Assembly: GCA_963714085.1 (NCBI GenBank)
Contig: OY970229.1
Coordinates: forward strand, 312,392 to 376,391
Direction: 5' to 3'
Source of the DNA: an uncultured Candidatus Micrarchaeota archaeon
GTDB lineage: Archaea > Micrarchaeota > Micrarchaeia > Anstonellales > Bilamarchaeaceae
Length of the DNA: 64,000 nt
Translations under genes and position numbers: made by a program
Shown here: positions 55,001 through 61,000 of the stretch, piece after piece
How positions within the stretch are numbered: position 1 is the first letter of the stretch
Layout: the number at the start of each line of letters is the position of its first letter
The notes under the pieces: model-generated
The model's input: only the letters and a program-made list of their open reading frames with translations
What the model was told of the DNA's origin: nothing
Database searches by the model: none

Positions 55001-58000
55001 AAAGGCGGAGGAGTCGTTGAAATCGTAATAGAGGACGAGCCCGCTGGTGTTGGTGAAACTGCCGCTGTAAAGGTCGTTCACCTGGTCCGGGGAGAGCGAG
55101 TAGTTGTAGACACGGACATCGTCTATCGCGCCGTTCCAGCCCCAGTAATTGTCATTAGAGGTTCCCACGTAAGCAACGCCTGGCTGCGTGTTCCAGCTCT
55201 CCGGTGTCGGGCCGACGGCCACCTGGCCATCCACGTAGAGCGTCTCGTCCGTGCCGTTATACGTGATGCAGATGTGCTTCCACACGTGGGTGCCGACACT
55301 GGTCCAGAAACCAGGTATCTCCAGGGAACCGGTTTGTTCGCCGGCGTCTAAATTGTCGGCATAGCCGCTGAAACCCAGGCTGTTGTCGCCGTTTCCATAG
55401 GTCAGTACGGTCCCGGATGATCCGAGCTGGTATATGTTGGCCCAGGCGCACATCGTGACCGGGGCGCTGCCCATCGGAAGATTGGCGGCGTTGCTGAAAT
55501 CCAGGTGCTCGTTGTTTTGGAAATAATAGGCGCCTCCGTACACCCCGTCCGGGGTCCACGCCGGGCAGGTCGAGCCCGGGGTGCATATGGCGTTGTTGCC
55601 GTTCCCGCTCTCATCGGCCACGCCGTTGTGGATAATCCCGGAGAAGTTGTCGAAGTTGTACATCAGCACGAGGCTGCTGTCATACGGCGTGAATACCGTG
55701 CCGTTCCAGTCGAAGGTGAACCGGCCGAGCGGGAATGTCGTCTCGTTTATGCTGATGTTTATGGGTATCGTGGAGTTGGACGTGACCGTGCCGGTGTCAG
55801 GGGTCGGCGGGCCGAATGCGATGGCCGGCGGCGGAGCCACGATCCCGCTCTGGAGTATGGCATAGGTGATCGTATTACCTGGCTGGGGAGCGAGGTTCGT
55901 GAGGCCTAGCGTGTCCCCGACCGTGTCCGGGGTGTTGTTCAGCATGATCCAGTTAGAGCCGTCGAACTGCCATAGCTGGAACCTGGCGTCATAGTATCCG
56001 CCGAGTTCGGAGGGGCTCCAGCTCCAGACGATGGAGTCTATGGAAGGCGAGCCGCCCAGCATGGAGATGTTCACGAACTTCTGCGCGAATGGGCGGTAGC
56101 CTGCCGAAATGGATCCGGGGTTGCTGGCCCAGCTTATGGAATACGACTCTCCTGCGTTGAAGGTGTCGTTTATCGCGAGCGTGGTGTAGTTCTGCATCCC
56201 GCCCAGCGGGTTGTCGAAGACCAGGCCGGAGAGGTTCATTGTGAACGTAAAGCCGGCGGGCTGGACCCAGAAGTCGGGAGTATTGTTGGAGAAGTACATG
56301 CCCTCCACGGACGTGTTGTCGGAATCATATATTGTAAGGCCGGCGTTCGAGTTATTGGATGCGGTATTGTTGGCGAAGATGGTCCCTTCCACCGGACTCC
56401 CGTCCGCCATCGAGGAGAAGCCGTACTGGTTGCCAGAGGCGACATTGCCGCTTAGCGTGTTATTGTCCGAGGAGTCCGTGAAATAGAAGCCGCTTCCGGT
56501 GTTGTCATCTGCCGTGTTGTTGATAAGCTGGTTGAAATCGCAACCGCCATCCATCACGATGCCGCGCATGCCGTTGTCGTCCGCCGTGTTGTTGATGACC
56601 GTGTTGTTGCTCGAGGACAGCCATAGGAATACACCGGCTCCCGACGAGGTTCCAGACGCCGTGTTGTCCGATATCACGTTACCGGTGTCTTCGACTATGA
56701 AGAAGCCGGCGTTCACGTTTCCGGACACATTGTTGGCAGAGAGCAGGTTGTCGTTGCTGCCGGAGAGATAGATGGCGTTGTAGTTTCCGTAGGCCGTGTC
56801 GTTCGTGACGTTACTGTCCGAGCAGCTGTTGAGCTCGATGCCGTTTCCGCTGTTGTCGTAGGCGACGTTGCCGCTTAGCGTGTTATCGCTTGCGCCGCTA
56901 TCCAGGTGGAAGCCATCATTGGAGTTGTTGAATGCGATGTTGTTGGTGAGATTTGTCCAGGTCACCGGGTCGGAGTAGCCGGTGGTCAGGTAGAAACCGT
57001 TCACATTGCCATAGGCGGTATTGCCGCTCACCGTGCAGTTGTCCGACCCGTCCTCGAAATAGAAGCCGTAGTTGCCGTTGCCATAAGCCGTGTTGTCGAT
57101 CAGCTGGTTCAGGACGGAACCGCCTCCGAACTCGAAGCCGCCCTCGCTGTTGTTGTACGCGGTGTTGTTGGTGACTGTGTTGTTGTCCGCGCCCCACCAC
57201 GCGTTTAGGCCGCGCGAGTTCGCGTACAGCACGTTGCCGGATATCAGGTTGTCATCGGCTCCGGAGGCGAGGAAGATGCCTATGTCGTTTCCGTAGGCCG
57301 TAACGTTCGTGACGTTGTTGTCCGAGCCGCCGTGCAGTTCGATGCCGTTCGAGCCGCTCAGCATCGTGCTGCCGGTTATGGCCGAATCGGTGTCGGACTC
57401 CGCCCAGACCCCGTACGAGTAGCCGGACATCTGGCAGTTCTGGACCGTGACGTTGCTGAGCGATGAATCGATGACGATGCCGTAGGTGGTGCCTCCGGTG
57501 CCGTCGTTCGTGATGTTGTGGCCGTTGCAGTCGAACACCACGTCGGATGATGTTATCTTCACGCAGGCCGTGCCGGGATATATCATGTCGGAGGCGTCGT
57601 TCGGGGCGCCCAGGTAATCACCCGCCATGACGTACGAGCCAGGGGAGGTTATCGGCTGACAGTTGGAGATGTTGAAGGTCACGCTCCTTGTTTCAGTGCA
57701 GTTCTCGTATCCATGCGTGTCCAGCGCGCAGCCCTGGTAGGTGTAATTGGGTGTCCCCCTCAGGACGTCCGGGGGCTGGTTGATGGTGAACTGCCATTGG
57801 GTGGAGTTGTACTTGGCGAGGTTGGACTCGTAGAGCTCCTTTATCTCGGCGCCGGACAGGGAGCGGTTGTAGACCCTGACTTCGTCCATTTTTCCATTGA
57901 AGTATTCCCCCCACGCGGGATTGCCTCCCAGAACGAGTTTGAATGGCGAGTCCTGCCCGCTCACCGGGTATGGTCCGTAGGATACCCCGTTCTTATAGAA

Positions 58001-61000
58001 TGTCACGTCGGACTGGGTGTAGACCGCGGCCACCTGCTGCCACTGGTCCAGGCCCACCGGAGCGGTCTGCTGCGAATAGCCGAAGAATCCGCCGGCGGTC
58101 CCTACGTACACCGACCAATTGGCTGTCCCCTCTTCTACCAGGATCTCGCGGCCATGGTTGCCGTCATCGTCGCTGAACACGGTCTGCCGCGACCCGGTGT
58201 TCACTACGGTGGGGTAGACCCATGCCACGAATGTCATGTCCGGCATCGCCGAGGGCTGGATGTCCAGATTGGTGCTCATACGGTCGTTGCCCAAAAAGTC
58301 GCCGCCGTTGCCGTCGAACACGTATGCGGCGCCGTACTTCCCTTCAGGTGTCCAGTCCGGGCAGGAGCCGGGGCTGCAGGTGGCGTTGTCGCCGTACATG
58401 CTCTCGTCCGGAATCATGACCGAATTCCTCGGGGCGGAGGAGTCGTTGAAATCGTAATGCAGGATCAGCCCGTCCGTGTCCGGGAAGTTGGCGTTGTATA
58501 AGTCGCTCACCTGGCTTGGGGAGAGCGAATAGTTGTAGACGCGCAGGTCGTCCATGTAACCGTTGAAAAAATAGCCGCCGCCGGCCCACGCGCCGACCAG
58601 ATAGTCGCCCGTGGAGCTGAAGTTGTCGGTATAAGGCACGGTCCCTGCCGGGATTCCGTCTATATAGAAGTCCGCGTCGGAGCCGTCGTCCGTGACTACG
58701 ATGTGATGCCACAGGGTGTCCGGGATGCTGGCGTTTGAAACGATATGGTCAATACCTATCTTGGTGAGTTGCACCGTGCCGTCACCGCCGATGACCACCC
58801 CCCACCCGTTAGTGTTTCCGCCCATGAGTATTCCTTGGTCGCCGCTTAAACCGACCCTCTTCACCCATGCGCTTACAGTGAATGGATAAGTGCCGAAATT
58901 GGTGTGGGTGTCGAGATAATTGGTGCCGTCGAATGAATATGCGCCGCCGTATACTCCGTTGGGGGTCCATGTCGGGCAGGAGCCGGGGGCGCATGTCGGG
59001 TTGGGCGCGTTATTGAAGTCGTACATCGCCACCAGGTCCGGATTGTACAGCGTGTCGTTACGTGGTGGCAAGCTTGCGCAGGTCAGGTTCAGGTAGCTCG
59101 GCTTGGGTACGTAGGGGCTGCAGTCCGTCTCGCCGCATACACCGCCTTCTTCGATAGTAAGGCCGTACCTGACCGAGCACGAGCTGGCCCCCAGGGTGCA
59201 GTTCCCGCAAGGCACGCCGGCCCCTCCGCCGCATGCGGTGCCGATCCCCCATAACGATGAATACGAGGATATCGCGCTCCCTACGGGGCAGGTCAGCGAG
59301 AGGGTGTCGGCTTCGCCGCCGCTTTCGGAGATGGTGGTGATGGAGGGTGGGCCCGCGGTTCCGTTCCAGTCATAGATGAACGAGCCCAGCGGGTAGGTCG
59401 TCTCGTTCACGCTGATGTTTATGAGTATAGTCGGATTGAACGTGACCGTGGCGTCAGCAGGGGTCGGAGGGCTGAAGGCTATCTCCGGCAGCAGCACGGA
59501 GCCGAGGATGCCGAACTCGCTCCCGAAATCTGTGATGTTGGCGAACACGTAGCCGTCGATGCTGTCCTGTCCGTACGGTGACGAGAAGTCCGCGGGGTTC
59601 GTGTCCCATCCGCTCGCGTCGTATCTGGCCATGGAGAGCGGGCTCCCGAGGCGCAGGGCGTCCGCCGGGGTGTAGCTCAGGTTGAGGAAAAGGTAGGAGT
59701 CCGGAGCGTTGGCTGTCGCCTCCACGAACCTGCCGGAGGTGGCCAGGCCGTACGGGTCCGGGGCGGTGCTGGCGACCGAGCCCCCGGAACCGTTCTCGAA
59801 GAGCTTTATCTCGAATGTGTTGTTCCCGAACGTGTCGAAGCCGTCGTATTGCGCGTTGTGGTCGTAGGATATGATGAACACGCGGTTCGGTGAGACGCCC
59901 GCGGTCCCGTACGTGATGGTGCCGTTCACGCCGTCGGAGACGAGGTCGGTCCACAGCCCTGCGACCAGGTAGTCCCCATCCTGGGTTATGCCCTGCGAGC
60001 TCATGTAGTCCTCCTCGCAGCATGCGCTCTCATCCGAGGTTACGGACTCGTTGCTCAGGTAGATGAATCCGTTGGTGCTTATCTTGATGTGGCTGTTGGA
60101 CCTCCCGAAGAGCACCACGTTGAACGGTAGCGTTATGTCGTCGCTCACGGCCTCGTCGCCGTACATCGACCCCATGGGAGTGTCTATGGGCGTGATGGTG
60201 GTGGGGACGAAGGACGGGATCATGCTTCCGTTCGTTTCCTGGTAGTAGGCCACGGAACCTGCATAGCCAACCGTGGTCGGGCCGAAGGACGTGATGCTTT
60301 TCGGGCCTCCCGTGCCGTCGGATATGCCCGTGACCTTGTCGTTGCTGCCGTCGCTCGATAGTATGTCTATCTCGACGCTCCGGGAGCCGCTGATCTGCTG
60401 CGGCCGCCCGGACTCCCCGACGTTCACGTCCTTAGAATCGAAGGACACCCGGTCGTTGCCCATGGTCATGTTGTCTACGATGTTGCCCATGGAATCCGAG
60501 GTCGAGGAAAAGGCCCAGATGGAGTTGCCCGACGCGTTCCAGCCGCTGAAAACGTTGTCCTGCGAGGAATCGAGGAAGATACCCACGCTGTCGTTGGACG
60601 TCGCGCCGTTGGTGAAGCTGTCGTTGTCGGACTGATAGGCATAGACTCCGTAGCTGTAGTCCGATATCCCGGGGCAGTTCTGCACCGTGACGTTGGTGAG
60701 CGGACCGTCGAGCAGGATCGCGTAGGTGGGGCCGGCCATGGCGTTGTTGGTTATGTTGTAGCCGTCGCAGTCGAAGAGCACGTTGGATGCGGTTATCTCC
60801 ACGCACGCCGCGCCGCCGTCCGGCATCATCGAGGCGTCGTTCGACGCACCGAAGAAATCGTTCGTCATGTTGAATACGCCGCTCGTGCTTATCACCGGGC
60901 AGGGCTGGAAGCGCTCGAGTATTCCGTAGGTGCCAACCGGGTTGAGGTTCGTGAGGCTGAGCGTATCCGTGAATGTGTTGAGCGCCGCGCTGGCATTGCT

